Source: an uncultured delta proteobacterium (GTDB lineage Bacteria > Myxococcota_A > UBA9160 > UBA4427). From it: 64,000 nt of DNA. A program made the position numbers and the translations under genes. The stretch is from assembly GCA_963822965.1 (NCBI GenBank), contig CAWGJT010000010.1, forward strand, positions 416,001-480,000, written 5' to 3'. Each line of letters opens with the position of its first letter. The first letter of the stretch is position 1. Shown one piece after another: positions 31,918-40,810 of this stretch. The notes under the pieces are model-generated. The model saw only the letters and a list, made by a program, of their open reading frames with translations, was not told the DNA's origin and did no database searches.

Positions 31918-33195
31918 GTGGAGCATCTGCATCACTTCCATCTGAGTCAGGACCCGTTTCAGAACGAGCCCGACCTGCGCTTCTATGTGGACAGCGCCTA
32001 CCACCGGGACGCGCAGCTGCGCATGGAGCGGGGGCTCCGGCAGCACAAGGGGCTGTGCGTCCTGACGGGAGAGGGCGGCACGGGCAAGACGCTGCTGGCA
32101 CGCCGCATCCTGGACTCCCTCGAGGAGGAGATGTTCGACGCGAACCTGATGGTGATGCTCGCGGGCGCGGCCGACGCCGAGTCGGTGCTGTCGCGCTTCG
32201 CCCGTCAGGTGGGCATCGAAGACCCGAGCGCGGATCGCTCGGCGCTGCTCGCGCAGCTCTACGAGCAGCTCGCCATCGTGCGGGAGGACGGGCGCCACAC
32301 GGTGCTGATCCTCGACGATGCGCACATCCTGAGCCGCGAAGCGATGGCCGAGGTGTGTGGGCTCCTGAATCTCGAGTACGAGGATCGGCGTCTCCTCTCG
32401 CTGCTGCTCGTCGGTGTTCCCGGGCTCGACGTCACGCTCTCCCACGAGGCCTCGCTGGGTGCGCGCGTGGACGTCCGGGTGCAGCTCTCGCCCCTGGACC
32501 TCGCGAACTCCCGCGCCTACCTGGCCCACCGGCTCCAGGTCGTGGGCGGCGGCCCCGAGATCTTCGGCGAGGGCGCCATCGCCTCGCTCTTCAAGCTCGG
32601 TCGCGGCAGGCCGCGGCTGCTCAACACGCTGGCGGACAACGCCCTCTTCGAGGCCTACCTCGCCGGCGAGAAGCAGGTCGACGCCGTCCACGTGGAGCGG
32701 TCGGCCTCGGACCTCGGAATCGGCGCCGACCCCGGGCAGACCTACTCGGAGATTCCCGTGGGTCGCACGCCCACCCACGGCGCCGCCGCGCCGAAGCCCA
32801 GCCCCGCGCAGGCCACGGTCGTGGCCGACCTCGACGATCCCAACGAGGATTCGGCGCTCGAGCTCTCCACCGTCGCGGCGCCCGGCGAAGACGACGACGT
32901 AGACCTCGGCTCGCTGCTCGAGGGGGGCGACGACGGCGACCTCACGGTGCTGACCATGGACTCGGAGCTCGGGGGTGGCGGGTCGGGGCTGCGCGACCTC
33001 GACGCCGAGATGGCGCACGCCTCGCTGACGGATCCCAGCGGCCCGGCCGACGATCCGCTGCCGGCCTTCGCCGCCGCCAACTCCCGGGCGCCGCGCAGCG
33101 CCGAGCCCACCCGGGTGGCGTTCTCCGACGAGGCGCCGGCGTCCCGCACCGGCGACGAGATCGAGGATCTGTTCGTCGAGCTGATCGAGGAGTAG
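31918..33195 (+). CDS. ExeA/GspA-like AAA ATPase with an acidic C-terminal extension
   Basis: HF.L..DPF.NEPD.RFY, GEGGTGKT, LILDDAH, G.PR.LN.LADNAL. Confidence 0.85.
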   Translation: MEHLHHFHLSQDPFQNEPDLRFYVDSAYHRDAQLRMERGLRQHKGLCVLTGEGGTGKTLLARRILDSLEEEMFDANLMVMLAGAADAESVLSRFARQVGIEDPSADRSALLAQLYEQLAIVREDGRHTVLILDDAHILSREAMAEVCGLLNLEYEDRRLLSLLLVGVPGLDVTLSHEASLGARVDVRVQLSPLDLANSRAYLAHRLQVVGGGPEIFGEGAIASLFKLGRGRPRLLNTLADNALFEAYLAGEKQVDAVHVERSASDLGIGADPGQTYSEIPVGRTPTHGAAAPKPSPAQATVVADLDDPNEDSALELSTVAAPGEDDDVDLGSLLEGGDDGDLTVLTMDSELGGGGSGLRDLDAEMAHASLTDPSGPADDPLPAFAAANSRAPRSAEPTRVAFSDEAPASRTGDEIEDLFVELIEE

Positions 33196-33249
33196 GCCCG
33201 GGCTCCGGCTTCGGATAGCGTCCTGCGCGAGCACCGGCAGGAGGCCACC

Positions 33250-35310
33250 GTGGGACCCGAGAATCTGGAAGCCGCCGCCGCGGCGTTCGAGCACCTGCTC
33301 TCTCCGGGGCGGATCGGCTCCCTCGAGCTGCGCAACCGCATCGTCATGTCCCCGATGGGCTCGAACCTGTGCGAGCCCGACGGCCATCTCGGCGAGCGGA
33401 TCCTCCGCTACTACGAGGAGCGCGCGCGCGGCGGCGTCGGCATGCTCATCGTGGGCGTCGCGGCGATCACCTGGCCCGACGGCGCCTGCAATCCGAACCA
33501 GGTCGCGATCTCCGACGACGTGTTCCTGCCCGGTCTGCGCGAGCTCGCCCGGCGCGCCCACGAGCACGGCGCCCGGGCGGCCGTCCAGCTGCAGCACGCG
33601 GGCAAGGTGGCGGTGCGGGACATCGTGGCGGGGCGCCCGATGTGGGTTCCCTCGATTCCCGACTACAAGGCGGGCGATCTCACGAGCGAGCTCACCCCCG
33701 AGGAGATGGGACGCTTCGTGGGGTCCCTGCGCAGCAAGACCGCCCGTCTCGCGTTTCACGAGATGAGCGAAGGCGACGTCGCCCATCTCGTGGATCGCTT
33801 CGCCGAGGCGGCCCTGCGCGCCCGGCGCGCGGGCTTCGACGGCGTCGAGCTACACGCCGGTCACGGCTACATCCTCTCCGAGTTCCTGTCGCCGGCGAGC
33901 AACCGCAGGCAGGACGCGTACGGGGGACCCATCGAGAACCGCGCGCGCTTCCTGGTGGAGACGATCCGCGCCGTGAAGGAGCGCGCCGGCGCGGACTTCC
34001 CGGTCTGGTGCCGCATCGACGGTCGCGAGTACCGGACACCGGGCGGAATCGAGCCCGAGGATGCCCAGCGCGCTGCCGAGCTCGCCGAGGCCGCCGGCGC
34101 CGACGCCATCCACGTGAGCGCCTATGCGGATTCGACCGTGGGCGCCGCCTTCACCGAGGCGCCGCTCGTGCACCAGCCCTGCGGCTTCGTCCCGCTGGCG
34201 GAGGGCGTGAAGCAGCGCGTGGGGATCCCGGTGATCGCCGTGGGCCGCATCGAGCCCGAGGACGGCGAGGCGCTGCTCGCGCGCGGGGGGGCCGACTTCG
34301 TGTCCATGGCGCGCAAGCTCCTCGCCGATCCCTGGCTCGCGCAGAAGCTCATCCAGGGACGGCGCGCGGACGTCCGCCCCTGCATCTACTGCTACACGTG
34401 CGTGGGCCGCATCTTCCTGAACCAGGAGAGCGCCTGCGCGGTCAACCCCCTGTCCGGCCGGGAGCTCGAGGCCGGGGACGCCACGCCCCCGCGCGCGGCG
34501 ACGCCGCGTCGGGTGCTGGTGGTGGGTGGCGGGCCGGCCGGCCTGGAGGCGGCGCGGGTGGCCGCCCTCCGCGGTCACGCCGTGACCCTGTGCGAGCGGT
34601 CTCGATCCCTGGGCGGCGTCCTGCGGATCTCGGGCCACGTGAACGCTCCGAACGCGCGGCTGGTCGAGTGGCTCGAGCGCCAGGTGCATGCGCTGGGCGT
34701 CACGGTGCGGCTGGGCGAAGAGGTGACGCCGGAGCGCGCCGCGGCGCTGGGCGCCGACGTCGCCCTCGTGGCCACCGGGGCCGCCCGACCGCGCGGCGCC
34801 GACGACCCCGACGTCTGGACGGTGGACGACCTCGTGGATGCCGACGGCAAGCTGCGGGAGCCCGGATCCCGCATCGTGGTGCAGGGCGGGGGCGGCGTCG
34901 GCCTCTCCCTCGCCGACCACTGGAGCGAGCGCGGTCGTGGGGTGACCGTGCTCGAGGAGAGCGCGACCTTCGGCGCCCAGCTCGCGCCCCCCCGGCGCTG
35001 GCGGGTGCTGGCCGCCCTGCGCGAGCGCGGCGTGGAGCTGCTGCGCCGGGTGCGAGTGGACGCGCGCGACGCCGGGACGGTGCGCTTCTCGCTTCCGCTG
35101 GAGTCCGAGGACGCGGCGCTCGCCGGCTGGAGCGCCGAGGAACGGCGCTACGACACCCTGCTCCTGACGGGGGGCTGGCAGCCCGACCTCTCCCTCGCCG
35201 AAGCGCTGGCGGCGAGCGGCCTCGCCGTGCACGCCATCGGAGACTGTCGCGAGGTCGCGCTGGTCGAGGGCGCGATGCGGGATGCCAACCGGATTTCTCG
35301 CGCGCTCTGA
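33250..35310 (+). CDS. NADH:flavin oxidoreductase (OYE / 2,4-dienoyl-CoA reductase-like) with Fe-S and FAD domains
   Basis: NRIVMSPM, QLQHAG, GFDGVELHAGHGY, CIYCYTC...C, VVGGGPAGLEAA. Confidence 0.9.
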   Translation: MGPENLEAAAAAFEHLLSPGRIGSLELRNRIVMSPMGSNLCEPDGHLGERILRYYEERARGGVGMLIVGVAAITWPDGACNPNQVAISDDVFLPGLRELARRAHEHGARAAVQLQHAGKVAVRDIVAGRPMWVPSIPDYKAGDLTSELTPEEMGRFVGSLRSKTARLAFHEMSEGDVAHLVDRFAEAALRARRAGFDGVELHAGHGYILSEFLSPASNRRQDAYGGPIENRARFLVETIRAVKERAGADFPVWCRIDGREYRTPGGIEPEDAQRAAELAEAAGADAIHVSAYADSTVGAAFTEAPLVHQPCGFVPLAEGVKQRVGIPVIAVGRIEPEDGEALLARGGADFVSMARKLLADPWLAQKLIQGRRADVRPCIYCYTCVGRIFLNQESACAVNPLSGRELEAGDATPPRAATPRRVLVVGGGPAGLEAARVAALRGHAVTLCERSRSLGGVLRISGHVNAPNARLVEWLERQVHALGVTVRLGEEVTPERAAALGADVALVATGAARPRGADDPDVWTVDDLVDADGKLREPGSRIVVQGGGGVGLSLADHWSERGRGVTVLEESATFGAQLAPPRRWRVLAALRERGVELLRRVRVDARDAGTVRFSLPLESEDAALAGWSAEERRYDTLLLTGGWQPDLSLAEALAASGLAVHAIGDCREVALVEGAMRDANRISRAL

Positions 35311-35426
35311 TTTCCGAGGTGCGGCGAGCGCCTTCACCCCCGACCTGCGCGCACACGGGTGTGCAGGCGGGGACGGCCCCTCCGCAGGGCTCGCCGGCCG
35401 GGATAGACTGGGGCGAGGAGCCCCCC

Positions 35427-35861
35427 GTGTCGCGTTCTTCCCTCGCCGTACTCCTCGCGCTCTGCGCCTCGCTGCTCGGCTCGACGTGCGAGTTCCGCGC
35501 TTCGAGCGGGAAGCACGAATGCCGCAAGGACTGCGAATCCGGCGTGAGCGTGATCGTCGATACCCGGGTCGGCGGCAGCTCCGGGGGGACCGCCGCCGGC
35601 GCCTTCGACCCGGCGGAGATCGTGCAGGCAGCCCTGGCGGCGAGCGGGGCTCCGCCGATCCCCGAGGCGGCGACGGCGGGGCAGGGCGCCGCGAGCGCGC
35701 CGGCTCCGGTGGCGGCTCCCGGGCTGGCCCTCGTCCGGGCCCAGCCGGCGGAAGCCGTGGCCGTGGGCGCGATTCCGGAGCCGACCGCCGTCCGGCTCTT
35801 CGGCCTGGGCCTCGTGCTGGCGGGGCTCGCCTGGAGCCGTCGGCGTCGCGCTCGCTCCTGA
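35427..35861 (+). CDS. Small PEP-CTERM protein with a possible lipoprotein signal
   Basis: MSRSSLAVLLALCASLLGSTC...; C-terminal IPEP + TM + RRRRARS; RBS GAGGAG. Confidence 0.7.
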   Translation: MSRSSLAVLLALCASLLGSTCEFRASSGKHECRKDCESGVSVIVDTRVGGSSGGTAAGAFDPAEIVQAALAASGAPPIPEAATAGQGAASAPAPVAAPGLALVRAQPAEAVAVGAIPEPTAVRLFGLGLVLAGLAWSRRRRARS

Positions 35862-35970
35862 GGGCCCGCCCGGCCGGCCCCGTGCCCTCACACGCTGCCC
35901 CAAGTTCACGCGCCCGCGCTCCGATGTAGGAGGCTCGGGCGGTCGCCGCTGTTCGCCCGCGGGGACCCAC

Positions 35971-37539
35971 GTGACCTTCGAGTACTCCCCCAGCATCTGG
36001 CCCTTCCTCGTCTCCCTCGGTCTGAGCGCGGGGCTCGGGCTGTATGCCCTGCGCAAGCAGACCCTCGCCGCGGCGGGGACCTTCGCCTGGCTGATGGCCG
36101 CGCTCACCGTGTGGACAGCCTGCTACGTGCTCGAGCTCTCGAGCCCGGGAGCCGAGGCCAAGCTGTTCTGGGCCTCGGCGAAGTACCTGGGCAGCGCGTC
36201 CGCGCCGGTGCTCTGGTTCGTCCTCGCCCTGCGTCTCACGAACCGGGGGCACTGGCTCACGCCCGGCGTGCGGGCCGCGCTCTGGATCTATGCGCTGGGC
36301 ACGATGGGGGCGGTCTGGACGAACGGGCTCCACGGGCAGTTCTGGACGGAGTTCGTCGTCGTCCCGGAGCTTCCGGAAAACCAGGCCGTCCAGGGGCCTC
36401 TCTTCTGGGTCTACGGGGTGGGCTGCTACGGGCTGGTGGTGGCGAGCTCGGCTCTCTTCTTCGAGCGCTACTGGCACGCCCCGTTCTTCTACAAGCGCCA
36501 GGCCGTCTTCCTGGCCCTCGGTGGCATCTGGCCCCTGGCGGGACGGACCCTGCACGACTTCTTCGGGATCGATCTCCTCCCCCACGTCGACCCGGTGATC
36601 CTGCTGCTGCTGATGTCGGGGATCTGCTTTGCGCTCGCGATCTTCCGCTACGGCGCACTGGACATCGTGCACGTCGCCCACGAGCTCGTGGTGCAGAACA
36701 TCGGCGCCGGCATCGTGGTGATCGATCTCCATGAGCGGGTGGTGGAGCTCAATCCGTACATGAAGCGTCTGCTCGAGCCGGGGCTCGGTCAGCCGGTGGG
36801 GCGAGCGCTGCGCGAGGTCCTCCCGGGGTGGCCGGATCTCACGATCGGCCCGAACGAGAACGAGATCGCCGTCGGCTCGGGACCCGAGTGCTCGTGGTAC
36901 CAGGTGCACCGTTCGGCGATCGGTCTCGAGACGGGGGCCCCGGCCGGGCAGGTGTTCGTGCTGCTCGACGTCACCGCGCGCAAGCGGGCGGAGCAGGAGC
37001 TCGAAGCGCTGGCGCGAACCGACGCGCTGACCGGCATTCCGAATCGGCGCTCGTTCGGCGAGATGGCGGCCGCCGAATGCGCGCGAGCGCGCCGCCACAA
37101 GCGCGGCGTCGCGCTCATCCTGTTCGACGTGGATCGATTCAAGGCCGTGAACGACGAGTACGGCCATCCGGCGGGCGACGCGGTACTGCGCGAGATCGCC
37201 CGGCGCTGCCAGCGCGGTGTGCGCGCCACGGATCTGCTGGCCCGGATCGGCGGCGAGGAGTTCGCGTACCTGCTCGCCGACAGCAACCTCGAGGACGCCC
37301 TCATCACCGCGGAGCGCCTGCGCGAGCTCATCGTCGGGGCCCCGTTCGAGGTGGGTCCGGACGCGCTTCCGCTCCGGGTGAGCGTGAGCATCGGGGTGAG
37401 CCACGCCCGGGGAGAGGCCGCCGACCTGGAGGAGCTGATCGCCCGGGCGGACGGCGCCCTCTACGCCGCCAAGTCGTCCGGCCGCAACCGCGTGGCGGCT
37501 GCCGACCCGGCCACGGCGGTCCCCGGGCCGTCCTCCTGA
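35971..37539 (+). CDS. Diguanylate cyclase with N-terminal 7TM (HisKA_7TM-like) and PAS-like domains
   Basis: About 7 TM helices, TDALTG.PNRR, D.D.FK.VND.YGH..GD, RxxD I-site (RATD) before GGEEF. Confidence 0.92.
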   Translation: MTFEYSPSIWPFLVSLGLSAGLGLYALRKQTLAAAGTFAWLMAALTVWTACYVLELSSPGAEAKLFWASAKYLGSASAPVLWFVLALRLTNRGHWLTPGVRAALWIYALGTMGAVWTNGLHGQFWTEFVVVPELPENQAVQGPLFWVYGVGCYGLVVASSALFFERYWHAPFFYKRQAVFLALGGIWPLAGRTLHDFFGIDLLPHVDPVILLLLMSGICFALAIFRYGALDIVHVAHELVVQNIGAGIVVIDLHERVVELNPYMKRLLEPGLGQPVGRALREVLPGWPDLTIGPNENEIAVGSGPECSWYQVHRSAIGLETGAPAGQVFVLLDVTARKRAEQELEALARTDALTGIPNRRSFGEMAAAECARARRHKRGVALILFDVDRFKAVNDEYGHPAGDAVLREIARRCQRGVRATDLLARIGGEEFAYLLADSNLEDALITAERLRELIVGAPFEVGPDALPLRVSVSIGVSHARGEAADLEELIARADGALYAAKSSGRNRVAAADPATAVPGPSS

Positions 37540-37591
37540 CGCCCGGCCCCGTACCCCGCGCCGGAATCCGGTGCTAGCCTCGCCACCGGAT

Positions 37592-37667
37592 GCGCGAGTA
37601 GCTCAGTTGGTAGAGCATCAGCTTCCCAAGCTGAGGGTCGCCGGTTCGAACCCGGTCTCGCGCTCCA
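37592..37667 (+). tRNA. tRNA-Gly (CCC)
   Basis: 76-nt cloverleaf: acceptor GCGCGAG/CTCGCGC, anticodon arm TCAGC-TTCCCAA-GCTGA, GGTTCGAAC T-loop, discriminator T + CCA. Confidence 0.97.
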
Positions 37668-37675
37668 TGATTTTG

Positions 37676-37713
37676 AGAGGCATCGCACTCGGTTGCGGTG
37701 CCTCTTTCTTTTT
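37676..37713 (+). terminator. Intrinsic terminator after tRNA-Gly
   Basis: agaggcatcgca-N6-tgcggtgcctct followed by ttcttttt. Confidence 0.8.
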
Positions 37714-38007
37714 GGGTTGGGTCCCTTGTCCTGGAGCGCTGGCTGCGTGCTGCCAAGCTCCCTGTCCGCATTGAATCCACTTCGCACCCGGCATCGCCGC
37801 CTCGGCGGTGAGCAGAACGCGCAAGCTCAACGGCGACGAAGGCATGCCGGATCTCACGGTCGGGACTTGGGCCGGAAGCGAGTGTTGCTGACGTATCCGA
37901 CTTTCGTCGGTCGCGATCCGTGGCCGAGAGACCGATCTGATCAGTGCGGGGACTGGATTTCGGTATGGCGATTTGGATGACACTAACGATGGATATCTGT
38001 GTAGGAT

Positions 38008-39396
38008 ATGCGTATGGCTACACGACTCCTGCTCCTGATCCCCTTCTTCGCCCTTTCTCTGAGCGGACGAGCCTGGGGCGGGCCTCTGTGTGTCCCAATG
38101 CCAGCCGGCATCCCGGGTGAAGCTGGTCCACCGGAATGGTGGGGCGTAGTCACGGGCCAGCGCGAGGACCCGCGCTGGTGTGGCGCGCTTGGCGTTGGCC
38201 ACGTGGAAGACCGGGGGCGTTTTCAGATGCTCACGGCGAACGATGCGGGGACGGATCATCTCTACTTGAGCTGGGAAATTCGCGCCGCGGGCGGGGGAGG
38301 AGCCGCCGACATCCTCTACTTCGGGTTCGTCGACCCCGGCTTCGGCGTGGGTACCGCATTCAAGATCACGGTACCCACGGATACCGGTGTCGGAACGATC
38401 GCAAAGGTCCCGATCGCGTCCGGGCAGGTTCAATGGCGTGCGAAGCTCGCCTCCGGCGTCGCCTGGGGCGCGTGGTCGGTCAGCAATGCAGGCACCGCGC
38501 CATGGATGCAGGACACGGGGCGCTATTGGGTGGACTGCAGCGGGAACTGCGACACGTACACCGTCATGGTCCGGATCCCGATCGACGCCAATGCGGCACC
38601 GAACGATTTCGATCTCGGCCTGAATATCGCGAACGACACGCTCTTCTGGTACGACATTCAGGTGTTGCAGCCTGGCTTGCCGCCCACCACTGCTCACCAC
38701 GCTTTGCCTGAAGGTCACGCTTTCTCTGTCGCGAATTTCGGCAACCCCGCTTATCCGTCGAACAGCGATTGGGCTGTGTTGCAGCTTTCGGGTGCTGGCT
38801 GCGAGACTGGCGTCGCGGTCGATACGAACGATGTGTACGTGACCCACGGGCCCTCCTCGCCCGATCACGTCATCACGATCGACAACACACTGCACACGAC
38901 ACCTGGCAACGACTCGGGGGGCGCGCTCGATGGCGATGCGGTGAGTTCACGTATTCGCATGTCGAACTGGGGGACGGCAGGCCCCGGTGACGCACCCACA
39001 TGGGATGAAGTACCGGGCTGCGCTCTGGCAGTCGGAGCCGGCGTAGTTCTCGACGGCGCCGACTTCGACCTGACCTGCGATTGGATGCCTAGCATGGCCA
39101 CGCTTTGCGCGTACCGGCCGAGTGGAGCCCTGGGCACGCTCCCGCCCTGGGACGTGTGCATCGGCGCTGGGGTGCTCAGCCCCGAACAATGGCTGCTGGT
39201 CGAACTCTCGGCTGGGCCGGGCAGCACCGGGGACGTGCTTCTGCCCACGGCGAGCACGTGTCGGGCGGTGAGCGTGCTCGAGGCGCCAGCAGCGGTTCCC
39301 GGCGGCTCGCCGGGCGCCCATCTGCTGTTGATATCGACGCTGTCCCTACTTGCGGTTGCTGTGCTGGTGTCTAGACGTTCGCATCTCGACGCCTAG
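38008..39396 (+). CDS. Secreted beta-rich Cys/Trp protein with a C-terminal VP-TM-RR sorting signal
   Basis: Signal peptide; C-terminus AVPGGS...LLLISTLSLLAVAVLVSRR resembles IPTL/PEP-CTERM-type tails. Confidence 0.7.
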   Translation: MRMATRLLLLIPFFALSLSGRAWGGPLCVPMPAGIPGEAGPPEWWGVVTGQREDPRWCGALGVGHVEDRGRFQMLTANDAGTDHLYLSWEIRAAGGGGAADILYFGFVDPGFGVGTAFKITVPTDTGVGTIAKVPIASGQVQWRAKLASGVAWGAWSVSNAGTAPWMQDTGRYWVDCSGNCDTYTVMVRIPIDANAAPNDFDLGLNIANDTLFWYDIQVLQPGLPPTTAHHALPEGHAFSVANFGNPAYPSNSDWAVLQLSGAGCETGVAVDTNDVYVTHGPSSPDHVITIDNTLHTTPGNDSGGALDGDAVSSRIRMSNWGTAGPGDAPTWDEVPGCALAVGAGVVLDGADFDLTCDWMPSMATLCAYRPSGALGTLPPWDVCIGAGVLSPEQWLLVELSAGPGSTGDVLLPTASTCRAVSVLEAPAAVPGGSPGAHLLLISTLSLLAVAVLVSRRSHLDA

Positions 39397-39497
39397 AACG
39401 CGCTCCACTGATCCGCCGCTTGCGACTACACCGAGGCGATCGCCGAAGAGGATTGCTTGCCGGGGTCGGTGAAGGTCGCGCCGCGTCAGCGCGAACC

Positions 39498-39935
39498 TCA
39501 GGACCCGACGTGGCTTTCGAGCTCGGCGATGTCCATCCGAAGCACAGCTTCGGCCTCCTGGTCAAAGAGGTTCCGGCTCCGTCGCGCACGCGCGAATGCG
39601 CGCCACATTGCTGCGGGTGCGGCTACCAGGCCTACGAGCAGGAAGCTCAGCCGGTCGATCCAATAGAAGATGTGCCAGTGACAGCCGCCGCTTCCGATCT
39701 CCCATGCCGCGAACTCGGCTTCGCCCCGCCACGTCGGCGGGTATCCAGCGAGCATGTGGTGCAGATCGTGGAGCACGATCGGTCCATCGCGACGGAGAAT
39801 CGGGAACACCGGAAAGCTGACGCCTCCAATCTTCAGCGAGACGATGTTGCCTGGGTACCAATCGCTACGTGTGCAGCCCTCGGCATAGATCCCAGTCTCC
39901 ACGAAGTGTCGATTGGGTGCTTCTTCGGCGGTCAT
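39498..39935 (-). CDS. Coq4-like metal-binding protein
   Basis: HDLHH-x11-E motif (HDxxH-x11-E of the Coq4 family); overlaps the TetR stop. Confidence 0.55.
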   Translation of the reverse strand: MTAEEAPNRHFVETGIYAEGCTRSDWYPGNIVSLKIGGVSFPVFPILRRDGPIVLHDLHHMLAGYPPTWRGEAEFAAWEIGSGGCHWHIFYWIDRLSFLLVGLVAAPAAMWRAFARARRSRNLFDQEAEAVLRMDIAELESHVGS

Positions 39936-40561
39936 GATGATCCTCCCGGATGTTGGGCAAGAAGTCCGTGCATGATGAGTTGAACGTTCTCACGCAGCTG
40001 TTCGCGGACGTCGTCGAGCTCGACCGTGTCATTTGCGAGGTATGCAAAGAACCAGGTGAAGAATGCTGAATAGAGCACGATGGCGGCCCGGCCGGGTTCG
40101 ACGTCCCGGCGCAGATCGCCGCGCACCTGCAGCTCACCCAGCAGCGCGGTGAGCAGGCCGATCAAGCTCACGTCCGCTCGAAAGACCCCCTCGGCCAGCT
40201 CCGGGTCGGTCATCGCTGCCGCAACGAGCTGGCGCCAGAGATCCCGGCCGTGCATCGCGTACGGCGCGATCGCGTGACCGATCAACATCTCGACGGCGCG
40301 TACCGGATCGCGCGGAGGGTGTTTCAGCACCGCTTCGCCGGAACGCAGGCCCTCACGCGTATCGCGAGCGACGATCGCCAGCAGGATCTTCGGCTTTGAA
40401 GGGAAGTAGTTGTACAGCGTGCCCACCGCGAGCTTCGAACGCTTCGCGATCTCCTGCATGCTGGTGCGCCCGTAGCCCTTCTTGCGGGTGAAGAGGGCCT
40501 CTGCAGCCCGCAAGATGCGAATCTCCCTTTCGCGTGTCTGGCGTTGGCGAAGCCCGGTCAT
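39932..40561 (-). CDS. TetR/AcrR family regulator
   Basis: GLRQRQ...ILRAA..LF...GY..TSM.EIA....LAVGTLYNYFPSK. Confidence 0.92.
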   Translation of the reverse strand: MTGLRQRQTREREIRILRAAEALFTRKKGYGRTSMQEIAKRSKLAVGTLYNYFPSKPKILLAIVARDTREGLRSGEAVLKHPPRDPVRAVEMLIGHAIAPYAMHGRDLWRQLVAAAMTDPELAEGVFRADVSLIGLLTALLGELQVRGDLRRDVEPGRAAIVLYSAFFTWFFAYLANDTVELDDVREQLRENVQLIMHGLLAQHPGGSS

Positions 40562-40578
40562 GGCTGCCTCGAAAATAA

Positions 40579-40620
40579 TGAACGCATTCAGATTTGTGCG
40601 CCGAACCGTGAATCTGTCAA
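40579..40620 (-). promoter_or_regulatory. Sigma70-like promoter and palindromic operator of the islet TetR
   Basis: Minus strand TTGACA -35 at 40615-40620; palindrome TGAA-N4-TTCA at 40579-40590. Confidence 0.45.
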
Positions 40621-40689
40621 TCGCTTGCAGATTGGGCCCGGACGGCGACAAGGCTGGGCCGACTACAGAGTGATGAACTCGGGCTGTGG

Positions 40690-40722
40690 GGGTCGCGGGT
40701 TCGAACCCTGTCTCGCGCTCCA
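40690..40722 (+). repeat. attR-like duplicate of the tRNA-Gly 3' end
   Basis: gggtcgcGggttcgaacccTgtctcgcgctcca versus the tRNA at 37635-37667, 31/33 identical. Confidence 0.85.
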
Positions 40723-40732
40723 GGATTTCCGA

Positions 40733-40763
40733 ACGCCCCCGCGATGGTGGATCGCGGGGGCGT
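40733..40763. terminator. 13-bp perfect hairpin after the attR-like repeat
   Basis: acgcccccgcgat-ggtgg-atcgcgggggcgt. Confidence 0.7.
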
Positions 40764-40810
40764 CTTCCCGTGTGACAGCGCCCGGCGGTTCTTGCGCCGG
40801 CGTCTGCCGG

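Larger units (their letters stand above)
37635..40722. mobile_element. tRNA-Gly-integrated genomic islet (about 3 kb, no integrase)
   Basis: Flanked by 33-bp direct repeats of the tRNA 3' end; visibly more A/T in codon third positions than the flanks. Confidence 0.75.

Noticed and set aside
37715..38000. Integrase remnant next to the tRNA
   Set aside because: No tyrosine or serine recombinase motifs recognisable in any frame.
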